Assembly (NCBI GenBank): GCA_964535005.1
Contig: CAZHSG010000005.1
Location: 5,647 to 69,646 of the forward strand
Length of the DNA: 64,000 nt
Source of the DNA: an uncultured Candidatus Izemoplasmatales bacterium
Lineage (GTDB): Bacteria > Bacillota_I > Bacilli_A > Izemoplasmatales > Hujiaoplasmataceae
Direction: 5' to 3'
This document shows, piece by piece, positions 50,422 to 60,786 of the stretch (the first letter of the stretch is position 1; every line of letters starts with the position of its first letter). The position numbers and the translations under genes were made by a program. The notes under the pieces are model-generated. The model saw nothing but the letters and a program-made list of their open reading frames with translations. It made no database searches and was not told where the DNA came from.

Positions 50422-51372
50422 TTATTTAAATAATGTTGAAACCCCTTGGTCATCAATAATATTTATTATCCCTTGCCCTAATAGGTTAGCGATAGACAAT
50501 TGTGTAATTTTAGGAGTTTTCTTTTCTTCTGGTAATTCTATTGTGTTTGTACAAATTAATTCTTCTATTGGAGATTCTTCTATTCTCTTGTTAGCATCTC
50601 CAGATAGTAGAGGATGTGTGCAACATACGAATATTTTTTTAGCTCCAGCTTCTTTTAAAGCTATAGAAGCAGCTGAAATAGACCCTGCAGTATCCACCAT
50701 ATCATCTACGATAATGCAGTTTTTATTTTTAACTCTCCCGATGATACTCATAACCACCGCCACGTTTGGTTTTGGTCTCATTTTATCAATTATAGCTATA
50801 TTACATCCTAATACATCTGCCAAATTTCTAGCTCTAGTAGCTCCACCATGGTCTGGTGATACTACACATAGATCTTCTAGTTCTTTCTTTTTTATGTATT
50901 TCGCAATCAAGGGTAACGCCACAAAATTGTCAATTGGAATATTAAAAAATCCTTGTATTTGGGCAGCATGTAAATCCATAGATATTACTCTAGCAGCACC
51001 TGCTGTTTGTAATAAATCCGCTACTAGTTTAGCAGATATCGGTTGTCTTGCTTTTGCTTTTCTATCTTGTCTTGAATATCCATAGTAAGGCATAACTACG
51101 TTAACTTCTCGAGCTGATGCACGTTTTAACGCGTCAATCATTATCAATAATTCCATAATACGTTCATTCACTGGCGAGTGAGTAGATTGTATTACAAAAA
51201 CTTTGTGTCCTCTTACTGTTTCTGGTATATCAACATTTATTTCTCCGTCAGCAAAATGCTGAACCTCACATTTGCTAACTGGTATCCCGATATAATCCGC
51301 TATATCTTGAGTAATTTTAACACTTGAACTTAGAGCGAAAATTTTAACTTTAGAGCCATGGAAAACAGCCAT
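50422..51372 (-). CDS. prs: Ribose-phosphate pyrophosphokinase
   Basis: FADGEI, PYYGYSRQDRK, DLHAAQIQGFF, VSPDHGG, VDDMVDTAGS. Confidence 0.98.
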   Translation of the reverse strand: MAVFHGSKVKIFALSSSVKITQDIADYIGIPVSKCEVQHFADGEINVDIPETVRGHKVFVIQSTHSPVNERIMELLIMIDALKRASAREVNVVMPYYGYSRQDRKAKARQPISAKLVADLLQTAGAARVISMDLHAAQIQGFFNIPIDNFVALPLIAKYIKKKELEDLCVVSPDHGGATRARNLADVLGCNIAIIDKMRPKPNVAVVMSIIGRVKNKNCIIVDDMVDTAGSISAASIALKEAGAKKIFVCCTHPLLSGDANKRIEESPIEELICTNTIELPEEKKTPKITQLSIANLLGQGIINIIDDQGVSTLFK

Positions 51373-51469
51373 TAAATTACCTTTAATTATAATAAATTTT
51401 GTATTTATTATATCCTTTCCGTTTAGTTTTATTTAAGACATACACATTATACAACAAATGAAATAATTT

Positions 51470-51498
51470 AAAAAGCACTAACTTTTCAGTTAGTGCTT
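51470..51498 (-). terminator. Intrinsic terminator of ispE-spoVG
   Basis: AAGCACTAACT/AGTTAGTGCTT inverted repeat. Confidence 0.75.
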
Positions 51499-51508
51499 AT
51501 TCTTCAAT

Positions 51509-51847
51509 TTATTCTTCAACTTTTTCTTCAACTTTTTCTTCAACTTTTTCTTCAAGTTTTACTTCAAGTTTTACTTCTGCTCTTTTTATTATCTCAGGGA
51601 GTTGATTATACGTTTCTAAAACAATTTGTTCAATCATAGCTCTTGTTTCACTATTTATAGGATGTGCAACATCTTTATAATCACCATTTGGCATTTTACG
51701 ACTTGGCATAGCCACAAAAAGCCCATTCTTCCCTTCAATAATCCGCAATTCGTGTACAACGAAGCAATTATCAATAGTAATGGCAGCTATTCCCACTAAA
51801 CGATTATCTCCGTCAATCCTTTTTGCCCGTACTTCCGTAATTTTCAC
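51509..51847 (-). CDS. spoVG: SpoVG family nucleic-acid-binding regulator
   Basis: KITEVR, FVVHELRIIEG.NGLFVAMPSRK, DVAHPIN. Confidence 0.95.
   Translation of the reverse strand: MKITEVRAKRIDGDNRLVGIAAITIDNCFVVHELRIIEGKNGLFVAMPSRKMPNGDYKDVAHPINSETRAMIEQIVLETYNQLPEIIKRAEVKLEVKLEEKVEEKVEEKVEE
51512..51577 (-). repeat. 12-bp tandem repeat in the spoVG tail (EVKL x2, EEKV x3)
   Basis: ttcttcaacttt three times followed by two variants. Confidence 0.85.
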
Positions 51848-51913
51848 ACTACCACCTCTTTAAGTGATTATATCACGGATAAATTCACCTTTTCAATGGG
51901 TTACGCTAAAATT

Positions 51914-52768
51914 CTATAAAAAACTGTACATATTAGTGAAATATTTACCTTTATTTGCCTCTATAAAGGCTAAGGCTTTGGAATCATCACCATTTATTAG
52001 CTTTATAAACGTTGACCCTGATCCAGTCATTGTTAAACCTTCTTCACCTAATTCGGCTTTAATATGTTCATATGTTTGTTTAACTTTTTGATTATTGTTT
52101 ATGGCTATTTCTTGTAGAGAGTTATGGATATTTTGAATAAATCCATCAAGATTGTTCTTTTGAATTGCCTTTTTTATTTTCTTCATGTCTACGTTTTTAA
52201 ATCCAAATCTATCTCCTAGTGTAAATATATCTTTGGTAGATATATATTCGCGAGGATTTACTAGTAAAACTTTACATTCTGAGAAATCAAAATCGAATTT
52301 AGTTATTTTTTTTCCAATTCCTTCTACAAATGCAGGATAATCGACTAGACAATATGGAATATCAGCGCCAAATTTAATACCGATATTTTGCATTTCTTCT
52401 AAGGGTAGATTTAGTTTAAACATTTTATTGATGCCTCTTATAATCGCAGCGGCATCTACAGAGTTTCCAGCTAACCCCGCCCCAAATGGAATTACTTTTT
52501 CTATTGTTACAGTAATACCTTTGTCCGGAATGTATTCTTTTATCATATATCTAGCAGATTCTATAACTAAATTGTTTTGATTAGATAGAAACAAATCGTT
52601 CGATTTGATGATTACTAGTCCTGGAGAATCTAATTCTTCAATTTTGACAGTATCATACAAATCTACTTTAGTGTTTATCATTTCTAAATCGTGATATCCA
52701 TCTTGCCTGGCTCCTATCACGTTTATAAATAGATTTACTTTAGCATATGCTTTTTCTATTAACATCAA
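51914..52768 (-). CDS. ispE: 4-(cytidine 5'-diphospho)-2-C-methyl-D-erythritol kinase
   Basis: AYAKVNL, DGYHDL, IPFGAGLAG.S.DAAA, GADIPY, MTGSGST. Confidence 0.93.
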   Translation of the reverse strand: MMLIEKAYAKVNLFINVIGARQDGYHDLEMINTKVDLYDTVKIEELDSPGLVIIKSNDLFLSNQNNLVIESARYMIKEYIPDKGITVTIEKVIPFGAGLAGNSVDAAAIIRGINKMFKLNLPLEEMQNIGIKFGADIPYCLVDYPAFVEGIGKKITKFDFDFSECKVLLVNPREYISTKDIFTLGDRFGFKNVDMKKIKKAIQKNNLDGFIQNIHNSLQEIAINNNQKVKQTYEHIKAELGEEGLTMTGSGSTFIKLINGDDSKALAFIEANKGKYFTNMYSFL

Positions 52769-52810
52769 ATCACTTCCTTTAATAATAATATTTTAGCATA
52801 TTTTACACTC

Positions 52811-53140
52811 CTATAACAAATCTATCATTAAAATGTCATATGCAGATATTTTTTCCAAAGTTGTTAGTATAATCTTTTTACTATTATAATCTAGTTTTTT
52901 TATTTTACCAAAACTAGTCTTAGAGTATCCATTTTCATAGTATGTAATTTCTATTTCTAAATTTTCTAGTAAAGCATCTTGCAATTGTCTATTTAAAGTT
53001 TCAAAGTCGTCAACACTTAGAATTGGCTTATCTATTTTTCCTAAACGACGCCTCATTTCTTTTAACATTGAGTTGAATCCATTTAAAGCATCAAAGGCTG
53101 CCCACTTAATAATTCCTCGATCCTGGTAAACGTTAAGCAT
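52811..53140 (-). CDS. YolD-like protein
   Basis: DRGIIKWAAF motif; overlaps the Y-family polymerase gene. Confidence 0.85.
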   Translation of the reverse strand: MLNVYQDRGIIKWAAFDALNGFNSMLKEMRRRLGKIDKPILSVDDFETLNRQLQDALLENLEIEITYYENGYSKTSFGKIKKLDYNSKKIILTTLEKISAYDILMIDLL

Positions 53141-54398
53141 GATGTCCACCTATCATATCGTTCCTTGCTTTTAGTGTCGAAGATTTTAATTCAGAAGACG
53201 CTCTATTTACACTATTTTTGCCATATTTTTCTTTAATTTCATCCATGGCGGTAAATACAGCTTGTTCTTTTAGAACTTCATTAATATCTTCAAACAGATT
53301 AATTTGATATCCTTTTTTATCAACAAAATTAGTTACGGAAATTCTGACAACTCTTATTGGGGAATTGTCATAGAATTTATCCATAAGCATTAGGCAAGCA
53401 CGAAAAACTTGAGATTCATTTTGAGATGGTTGGGGTAATTTCATCTGCCTTGCGAATCCTCCGCCTATTTCTTTACTGTAAGCTAGGCCAAAATGGACTG
53501 TTTTAGCCATTCTTTTTCCTAGCCTTAATCTTCGGCAAACATCATCCACCATTTCTCTAATTATTTGATATATTTCTGGCTTGTAATAATCTTGAAACAG
53601 GGTTTGACCGATTCCATAGCTCTTACTCGTAGGTTTGGTATGCATTTTTTCTTGTATTTGGCTCATATCTATTCCATGAGTATGATAATATAATTCTTCG
53701 CCAATTATTCCGAATTTCTTTTTAAGTTTTTTTAAATCGTATTTAGCTAAATCTCCTATTTTATAGATTCCTAGACTATTAAGGTTTTTTTCCATATTTC
53801 TTCCGATACCCCACATTTTAGATAATGGGGTAACTGTCCATAATTTTGTAGGTATATCTTCATATTCCCATTTAGCTATAAAATCAGGAGAGTGTTTTGA
53901 CTCAATATCTAACGCTAGTTTAGCCATCAACATATTTGGTCCGATACCACAAGTTGCGTAGAGTTTAGTTTCTGTGTAGATTGTATCTAATACCATTTTT
54001 GCGAATTCTAAATCAGTCATTTTATAGTAATCCATATACTCGGTTAGATCGATAAAAACCTCATCTACTGAATATACATAAATATCATCTTCAGAAATAA
54101 ATCTTAAATATATTTCTACTATCTTAGTTGAATATTCTAAATATCGCTCCATTCTTGGTTTTCTATAAATAATATCAATTGTTTTAGGTAGTTCGTATAC
54201 TCGACATCTATTTGGAACACCAAACTGTTTCAGGTAAGGCGTAACCGCTAAAACAATAGATCCGCCGCCTCTTTCCTTGTCAGCTACCACCAAAGGAGTT
54301 TTGAATGGATCTAGCCCAGATAAGGCGCATTCTACTGATGCGTAGAAGCTTTTTAGATCAATGCATACGATATTTTTATGTAATCTATATTCTTCCAT
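53133..54398 (-). CDS. Y-family (UmuC/UvrX-like) DNA polymerase (start refined to ATG 54398)
   Basis: IDLKSFYASVEC, YSVDEVFID, GIGPNMLMAKLALD, MWGIG, IGGH C-terminus. Confidence 0.95.
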   Translation of the reverse strand: MEEYRLHKNIVCIDLKSFYASVECALSGLDPFKTPLVVADKERGGGSIVLAVTPYLKQFGVPNRCRVYELPKTIDIIYRKPRMERYLEYSTKIVEIYLRFISEDDIYVYSVDEVFIDLTEYMDYYKMTDLEFAKMVLDTIYTETKLYATCGIGPNMLMAKLALDIESKHSPDFIAKWEYEDIPTKLWTVTPLSKMWGIGRNMEKNLNSLGIYKIGDLAKYDLKKLKKKFGIIGEELYYHTHGIDMSQIQEKMHTKPTSKSYGIGQTLFQDYYKPEIYQIIREMVDDVCRRLRLGKRMAKTVHFGLAYSKEIGGGFARQMKLPQPSQNESQVFRACLMLMDKFYDNSPIRVVRISVTNFVDKKGYQINLFEDINEVLKEQAVFTAMDEIKEKYGKNSVNRASSELKSSTLKARNDMIGGHHA

Positions 54399-54608
54399 GT
54401 CAATTTCTCCTTTAGAAATATTATACTCTTGTTTTTTAGAAAAAACTATAATCTTCGAAGAATTCCTACTATAAAAAAATATCAAATATTTTGTTTAGAA
54501 AATAACCAAAAAATATGAATTTTTATGTTTAATATTTTACTATATTCCATAATTATACTAATTAAAAAAGCCACCTTTTAATGGCGACTTAGTTTTTTAG
54601 TCTAGTTG

Positions 54609-54872
54609 TTATTTATCATATTTTGCGAAAGGGTCGTCTTTATCTTCTTCAACAACTTTTTCTTTTTCTTTTTTCAGCACCACTTTTTTTGGTTCTACAA
54701 CTAATGCCATTATGATATATGCTAATAATCCCGTTCCGGCACATAACACTAAAACTAACCATAAAACTCTAATTAGAGTAACATCAATATCTAAATAATC
54801 AGATAACCCCGAACATACTCCTGATATTTTTGCATTTTCAGTATCTCTATATAATTTCCTTTGTGTAGCCAT
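54609..54872 (-). CDS. PspC domain membrane protein
   Basis: KLYR...KISGVCSGLSDYLDID.TLIR, LAYII. Confidence 0.92.
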   Translation of the reverse strand: MATQRKLYRDTENAKISGVCSGLSDYLDIDVTLIRVLWLVLVLCAGTGLLAYIIMALVVEPKKVVLKKEKEKVVEEDKDDPFAKYDK

Positions 54873-54928
54873 AATATTCCCCCTTATTTAATTCAATTTA
54901 TATTATAACATTATATTATTAACAGTTT

Positions 54929-57106
54929 CTAACTTTTTTTCTTAAATATATTTTTTATAACTCTTAGAAGATTAATCCAAGTTTCTTTTCTAACATATAC
55001 AACTCCAGCTGCTAATCCAATTCCAGCAACTGGTATAGCAAAGGTTAGAACATAAACTGTTGTGTTTAGTTTAGCTTTAACATAAATATTAATTTCTTCA
55101 GTGGCTCCATTACTTAATACTACAAAAACCTTGGACTCACCATAGTTTAATCCTTCAACCATTCCTAGACCGTCAACGCTCAAAACTTTACTAACTTCTA
55201 CAGAATAACCTGTTATGGTTGATTCTCCTAAAGTGATGTATTGATTAATATCTAGCGTTTCGCCTTGAACCATGTATATAGTTTCAAGTTTTTGATTTAA
55301 TCCCTCAACAGCTGATATTAACGCTTGTTTAGCACTATTTACCTCTTGTTGAGTTGCATCAGGGTTTGATAACATATATAAAGCTTGGAGTCTTGATTGT
55401 ACTAATGCACTATAAGAACTTACTGAATAATCTTCTTCTCTGTATATTGTGGTAGAATCATAGGTTGCTTGTAAATCTGTATAATCCGGCAGATCCACTA
55501 AACCGTCTTTAATTTCTGATAAGTCGAGTAAAATTTGTGAAGCTACTGTTTCATCTAAATCTGAACTTATAATTAAGCCATAAATTCGATTCAGTTCTAA
55601 GTTGTATTCTATTTGAGAACTCATGGTATAATCTGAAATATCATCAGTTTTTAGATTATAGTATATTGTTAATAATCCATCATTATCAGCTAACAATACT
55701 AGTAAATCAAGAGCTGACTGAACCGTTATTTCCAAAGTGTCAACTAAATCTTGAGTAACATTATCGTTTGCGATTACATTGTTAACATATAAATATGATC
55801 CATATACATCTACAGCTGTTAAAAATGCATTATGAGATGATGATGTGTATAAAATTATATCTTCATAATATGCTGATATAACTAAATCATTTAAAATTGT
55901 TAATTGATCTCTATTGGCTTGTAAAACCAAGACAGAACCAACAGCCTGAATGTCTGTTAAAGCTTCATCGGCTTTAGGTTGATCTGTATCATCTGAAATC
56001 AAAATGGAATTAATTCTATTTAATTCAGTTTGATATAACGTTATTGAGTTTGGTGTATAATTAGTTAAATCTAGAACTATTGCGGCATCGTAGGCAATTT
56101 GTAAATTTGTAACATCACCTCTCAAAACTAGAAAATCATAGAAATCTTCTAAATATGCACTAGCAAGAGTTACGTCTGAGGCTGTAGCTTCTATGTTTTC
56201 AATCACGATATCAATCTCAACTAACCCTAATGTGAATAAACGAAAAGAAGAAGATGTATATAATAGTTCACTTTCAGTTAACGCTTGAGTAAAGGCATCT
56301 ATTAAAGCTGTTTTATCCGGTCTTAAAACCAAAGTGTTCAAGACTTCATTTAATCTAACTTCAGTTTGATCAACTTCGCTTACCAATGCATCAACATCGT
56401 CCAAAACTTCTTGTAAAGTCATTCCAATGATGATGTCAGCTTGTAAAACTGTGTCTAGTTCATCATAGGCTTCTTTAAAATCTGCGAAAGTACTCGGTAT
56501 ATAATCATCGCCAATAGTAGCGTATAGTATTTCAATTTGGTTAATTAAGTTTAAAACTTCAGTTTTGTCTCCTCTTAAAACCAGGAAGTTCGTTGCGTCA
56601 ACTATTTCTGAGTTAAGTCCATCAATAGTTGCTTCTCCAGCTCTTGGGTCATCTAAGATAGCTTTTATTCTATCTAATTCTGCTTGATATAACGTTTGTG
56701 AAGCGGTTGTATATAAACTCAAATCTTCAGCTTTAGCTTGAGAATAATTAGCTAAGGCTGAATAATATGTTTCATCTTGTATTAATCCAGCAATCGCGGT
56801 GTTTATATTAGCTGTTAGAGCGTCTACATCCACCTGTACAGCTAATGCATCATCAATTACTGCCTGTATACCCACTAATCCACCTAATGCGTCTATATCA
56901 TCTGTAAACGCTAAATATGATGCGTCTTCGTAATATGGATCTCCTATCGGTGATGTGTCTTGGACATTTTTTATGCTTTGAATGTTGTCGTATGCGCCTG
57001 TTAATTCAGTCTTAATTGCATCTGCATTAACTATATAGCAAAAAGCACTACCAATAGTAGTAAAAATTAAAGATATTATTAAAGTAAATTTCTTTAATTT
57101 ATTCAT
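54929..57106 (-). CDS. Surface protein made of about 8 FIVAR-like helical repeats, an Ig-like domain and a C-terminal TM anchor
   Basis: Signal-like N-terminus; repeats D.T.L...Y[TS]..S...ATQ..V....L...L VL; C-terminal hydrophobic segment plus basic tail. Confidence 0.8.
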   Translation of the reverse strand: MNKLKKFTLIISLIFTTIGSAFCYIVNADAIKTELTGAYDNIQSIKNVQDTSPIGDPYYEDASYLAFTDDIDALGGLVGIQAVIDDALAVQVDVDALTANINTAIAGLIQDETYYSALANYSQAKAEDLSLYTTASQTLYQAELDRIKAILDDPRAGEATIDGLNSEIVDATNFLVLRGDKTEVLNLINQIEILYATIGDDYIPSTFADFKEAYDELDTVLQADIIIGMTLQEVLDDVDALVSEVDQTEVRLNEVLNTLVLRPDKTALIDAFTQALTESELLYTSSSFRLFTLGLVEIDIVIENIEATASDVTLASAYLEDFYDFLVLRGDVTNLQIAYDAAIVLDLTNYTPNSITLYQTELNRINSILISDDTDQPKADEALTDIQAVGSVLVLQANRDQLTILNDLVISAYYEDIILYTSSSHNAFLTAVDVYGSYLYVNNVIANDNVTQDLVDTLEITVQSALDLLVLLADNDGLLTIYYNLKTDDISDYTMSSQIEYNLELNRIYGLIISSDLDETVASQILLDLSEIKDGLVDLPDYTDLQATYDSTTIYREEDYSVSSYSALVQSRLQALYMLSNPDATQQEVNSAKQALISAVEGLNQKLETIYMVQGETLDINQYITLGESTITGYSVEVSKVLSVDGLGMVEGLNYGESKVFVVLSNGATEEINIYVKAKLNTTVYVLTFAIPVAGIGLAAGVVYVRKETWINLLRVIKNIFKKKS

Positions 57107-57118
57107 TTCGTTTCCTTT

Positions 57119-58411
57119 CTATTTAAATACTTTATTGTATATAACGTCAATATTTCTTTTGTAGAAATTCATATCAAATAAATTTTTTAGTTCATCTTCT
57201 TTATAAATAGCCTTCATATTATAGTCATTTAAGATTAATTCAATGAAATCTTTATCCTCATCGTAGGCGTAATTAGCAAAAGGTTGAACTATATCGTAGG
57301 CTTCTTCTCTAGATAATCCTTTATCTATTAATGAAGTTAAGATTCTCTGTGAAAATATGATACCTTTTGTTAAATAGATGTTTTTTAACATATTTTCTGG
57401 ATAGACATTAAGGTTTTTTATGATATTTATATATCTAGTAAACATATAATCAACTAAAATAGTTGCATCTGGCATTATAACTCTTTCTACCGATGAGTGA
57501 GAAATATCTCTCTCATGCCATAGAGCTATATTTTCAAATGCAGGCACTAAATATCCACGTAAAATTCTCATAACTCCACAAATATTTTCACTTACAATTG
57601 GATTTCTCTTGTGAGGCATAGCAGAAGAACCTTTTTGTTTAGTTGAAAACGGTTCTTTTACTTCGTTTACTTCAGTTCTTTGTAAATGTCTTATTTCTAA
57701 AGCTAGTTTTTCTAGAGTTGACCCTAATAATACTAAAGTACTAATATAATTAGCATGTCTATCTCTTTGTAGAGTTTGAGTTGATATATTAACACTGTTC
57801 AATCCTAGATTGTAACAAATGTATTCCTCAATATCCGGGCTTATAAAAGCATAATTACCAACTGCACCACTAATCTTACCTACTTCAATTTCAGCTGCGG
57901 CTCTTTGGAATCTTTCATAATTTCTTTTTAATTCATCATAATATAAACAGAACTTCAAACCAAACACTGTAATATCAGCGTGTATTCCGTGAGTTCTGCC
58001 TATACAGAAAGTATCTTTATACTGATAAGCTTTTTCTTTTAAGACTTCTAAAAACGCTTCAATATCTTTCTTAATTATTTTATTAGCTTTTTTATATAAC
58101 ACTCCGTAGGCAGTGTCAACTACATCAGTTGAAGTTAGTCCATAATGAATAAAGCGTTTTTCTTCTCCTAAAGATAATGAGACAGCTCTTGTGAAAGCTA
58201 TAACATCATGTTTTAGTTCTTTTTCATATTCAAAAACTTTTTTTAAATCATATTTGGCGTTATTTTGAACGAGCATTAATTCCTTGTTGCTAACAACCCC
58301 TATTTTATTTAATGCTTCGACATTTAATATTTCGATTTGAAGATAAGCATCAAATTTAGACTTATCACTCCAAATGTCTTGCATTTGTTTTCGAGAATAG
58401 CGGTTTATCAT
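57119..58411 (-). CDS. purB: Adenylosuccinate lyase
   Basis: HDVIAF, HYGLTSTD, GRTHG, GSSAMPHKRNP, ERDISHSSVER. Confidence 0.97.
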   Translation of the reverse strand: MINRYSRKQMQDIWSDKSKFDAYLQIEILNVEALNKIGVVSNKELMLVQNNAKYDLKKVFEYEKELKHDVIAFTRAVSLSLGEEKRFIHYGLTSTDVVDTAYGVLYKKANKIIKKDIEAFLEVLKEKAYQYKDTFCIGRTHGIHADITVFGLKFCLYYDELKRNYERFQRAAAEIEVGKISGAVGNYAFISPDIEEYICYNLGLNSVNISTQTLQRDRHANYISTLVLLGSTLEKLALEIRHLQRTEVNEVKEPFSTKQKGSSAMPHKRNPIVSENICGVMRILRGYLVPAFENIALWHERDISHSSVERVIMPDATILVDYMFTRYINIIKNLNVYPENMLKNIYLTKGIIFSQRILTSLIDKGLSREEAYDIVQPFANYAYDEDKDFIELILNDYNMKAIYKEDELKNLFDMNFYKRNIDVIYNKVFK

Positions 58412-59265
58412 TTTGAATCCCCTTCAATTTTTTTATAACATGTTAAAGTGTTTTCTAATAAACAAGCAATTGTCATAGGTCCTACACCACCTGGAACAGG
58501 TGTGATATATCCGGCAGAAGCAGACGCATCTTCAAATAAAACATCTCCAGTTAATACACCATCAACTCTATTAATACCAACATCAATAACAACAGCACCT
58601 GGTTTTATATATGAAGCATCTACCATGTTAGCTCTACCGATTGCAACAATCAAAATATCCGCTTGTTTTGTTATTGATTTAATATCTTTAGTTTTAGAAT
58701 GGCAAGTGGTCACCGTTGAATTTCTCTTTAGCATTAAAGCTGCCATTGGCTTTCCAACTATTTGACTTCGACCAATAATTACACAATGTTTTCCAGTAGG
58801 ATCTATTTCATATTCTTTTAAAATCTTTGTAATTCCTAAAGGAGTACAAGGTACCAAAGCATTTTGTCCTTTATTCAATTTAGCAATATTTTCATTACAA
58901 AATCCATCCACATCTTTTAATGGATTTATTAAATTAATAATTTTATCTTCATTCAAATTTTTTGGAATTGGTAATTGTAAAAGGATTCCATGAACAGTTT
59001 CATCTTTATTTAAATCAAGAATAATATCAACTAATTCTTGCTCTGTAATCGTTGATTCTTTTCTAATAATTGATGATTTGAAACCAGCTTTTATGCAAGC
59101 TCGCTCTTTGGATCTAACATAGGATTGACTAGCTGGATCTTCACCAATTAATATCACAACTAAATGAGGTTGTTTTTTGAATTTTTCAACCAATAAAATT
59201 GTCTCTTCTTTAATTTGATTTCTTAGTTTTAAAGCTAACTTTTTTCCATCTAATATAGTTGTCAT
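58408..59265 (-). CDS. folD: Bifunctional methylenetetrahydrofolate dehydrogenase/cyclohydrolase
   Basis: GILLQLP, KDVDG, PCTPLG, GRSQIVGKP, TPVPGGVGPMT. Confidence 0.97.
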   Translation of the reverse strand: MTTILDGKKLALKLRNQIKEETILLVEKFKKQPHLVVILIGEDPASQSYVRSKERACIKAGFKSSIIRKESTITEQELVDIILDLNKDETVHGILLQLPIPKNLNEDKIINLINPLKDVDGFCNENIAKLNKGQNALVPCTPLGITKILKEYEIDPTGKHCVIIGRSQIVGKPMAALMLKRNSTVTTCHSKTKDIKSITKQADILIVAIGRANMVDASYIKPGAVVIDVGINRVDGVLTGDVLFEDASASAGYITPVPGGVGPMTIACLLENTLTCYKKIEGDSK

Positions 59266-59268
59266 AAT

Positions 59269-59781
59269 TTACTCCTTTTCATACAAATATTGATCTAATA
59301 TTTCACCATAATATACTGTATGATTCGCTGTCATATTATAGTATCTATTTTTTACTATTTGAGGTACAACATTTTGATCTAAAGTTTGTTTGTAAATTAC
59401 TTTGCATTCATAATGTAATTTTGCTTCTGCAATTATTGGAGTATCAATTTGTCTTCCTTTTATTGGAGTTAAATTGCAGTGCTCAAATTTATTCATTTCT
59501 CTTAATGATTTAGTTCCACAGATTATAATTGCATCTTTTAAATTACCATCGAGAGGAATACTCACTGTAAATTCTTCGCTCGATTCTATTAAGTCGTAGG
59601 TGGCTCTAGAATCTCTTACTAGGACTACAAAAATTGGTTTGCCCCATATAATATTTATACCACCCCAGCCGATAATCATTGTATTAATTACATCGCCTTT
59701 TTTTGTTGTTAAAAAATTGCCTGGACGCATTTTTTCTAAGACCTTGTTGCTGTAATCAAAGACTCCAATTTCCTTATACAT
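59269..59781 (-). CDS. Flavin reductase family protein
   Basis: NTM.IGWG, FTVS, CGTKS.R..NKF, H.VYYGEI. Confidence 0.88.
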   Translation of the reverse strand: MYKEIGVFDYSNKVLEKMRPGNFLTTKKGDVINTMIIGWGGINIIWGKPIFVVLVRDSRATYDLIESSEEFTVSIPLDGNLKDAIIICGTKSLREMNKFEHCNLTPIKGRQIDTPIIAEAKLHYECKVIYKQTLDQNVVPQIVKNRYYNMTANHTVYYGEILDQYLYEKE

Positions 59782-59934
59782 AATATCATATCTCCTTCTT
59801 GGTAATTATAACATAAATAGTTTAATCAAAAAAGTTAAGTTCAGTAGATATTATATATTATATTATATTTTAGTATAGATTAACAAAAAATTAAATAATG
59901 TGATACAATATATTAAACATTTTAGAGGTGAATT

Positions 59935-60786
59935 ATGAATATAGGTATAGTAGGTTTAGGACTAATAGGTGGTACTATTGCTAAATCATTAAACAAACAT
60001 CATAACATATCAGCATATGATACATCTAGTGAAACAATAGAGTATGCGTTAGCAAATAAAATAATCCATAAAGCTTATGACAACGTAAGTGACTTTTTAG
60101 CAGACAACGAGGTTATATATATTTGTTTGTATCCGAAATCTATTATAAATTTCATTTTTAGAAACAAGTCATTTTTCGCTAAAGATAGCGTATTAATAGA
60201 AATATCAGGTATAAAAAAACATATGATAGAAGAGATAGAAAAACTAAATTTAGATAACATTGACGTAATCTATACTCACCCCGTTGCAGGTAGTGAAAAG
60301 GTAGGTGTCTTCAATGCTAGAGAGACAATTTTCAAAAATGCTAATTATGTTATTACACCAGTCGCTGGCAACAAAGAAAGCAATCTTACGTTAGCTAAAG
60401 AGTTAGCATTGGAGATGGGTTTCAAGAACATTTCATCGATTACGCCAGAGGCACATGACGACATAATTGCTTATACTTCCCAACTAACACACATATTGAG
60501 TTTATCGCTAGTTAACTCGATTTCCACAGATTTAGATACTAAGAAATTCATAGGAGATTCGTATAGAGAACTTACTAGGATCTCTATAATCAATGAGAAG
60601 CTATGGCCGGAATTATTTCTTCATAATAAGGCTTCTTTACTGACTAAAATTGAAGCTTTTGAGGCCGAATTACACAAGTTCAAAGATGCTATAATAATGA
60701 ACAATAGCAATGTGCTTGAAGACTTAATGGTTAAATCAACCACTATAAGGACAGGCATCGGAAGGGGTGAAAACGATGAAAGTTGA
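59935..60786 (+). CDS. tyrA: Prephenate dehydrogenase
   Basis: GLGLIGG, THPVAGSE, HD..IAYTSQLTH, S.R.LTRI. Confidence 0.92.
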   Translation: MNIGIVGLGLIGGTIAKSLNKHHNISAYDTSSETIEYALANKIIHKAYDNVSDFLADNEVIYICLYPKSIINFIFRNKSFFAKDSVLIEISGIKKHMIEEIEKLNLDNIDVIYTHPVAGSEKVGVFNARETIFKNANYVITPVAGNKESNLTLAKELALEMGFKNISSITPEAHDDIIAYTSQLTHILSLSLVNSISTDLDTKKFIGDSYRELTRISIINEKLWPELFLHNKASLLTKIEAFEAELHKFKDAIIMNNSNVLEDLMVKSTTIRTGIGRGENDES

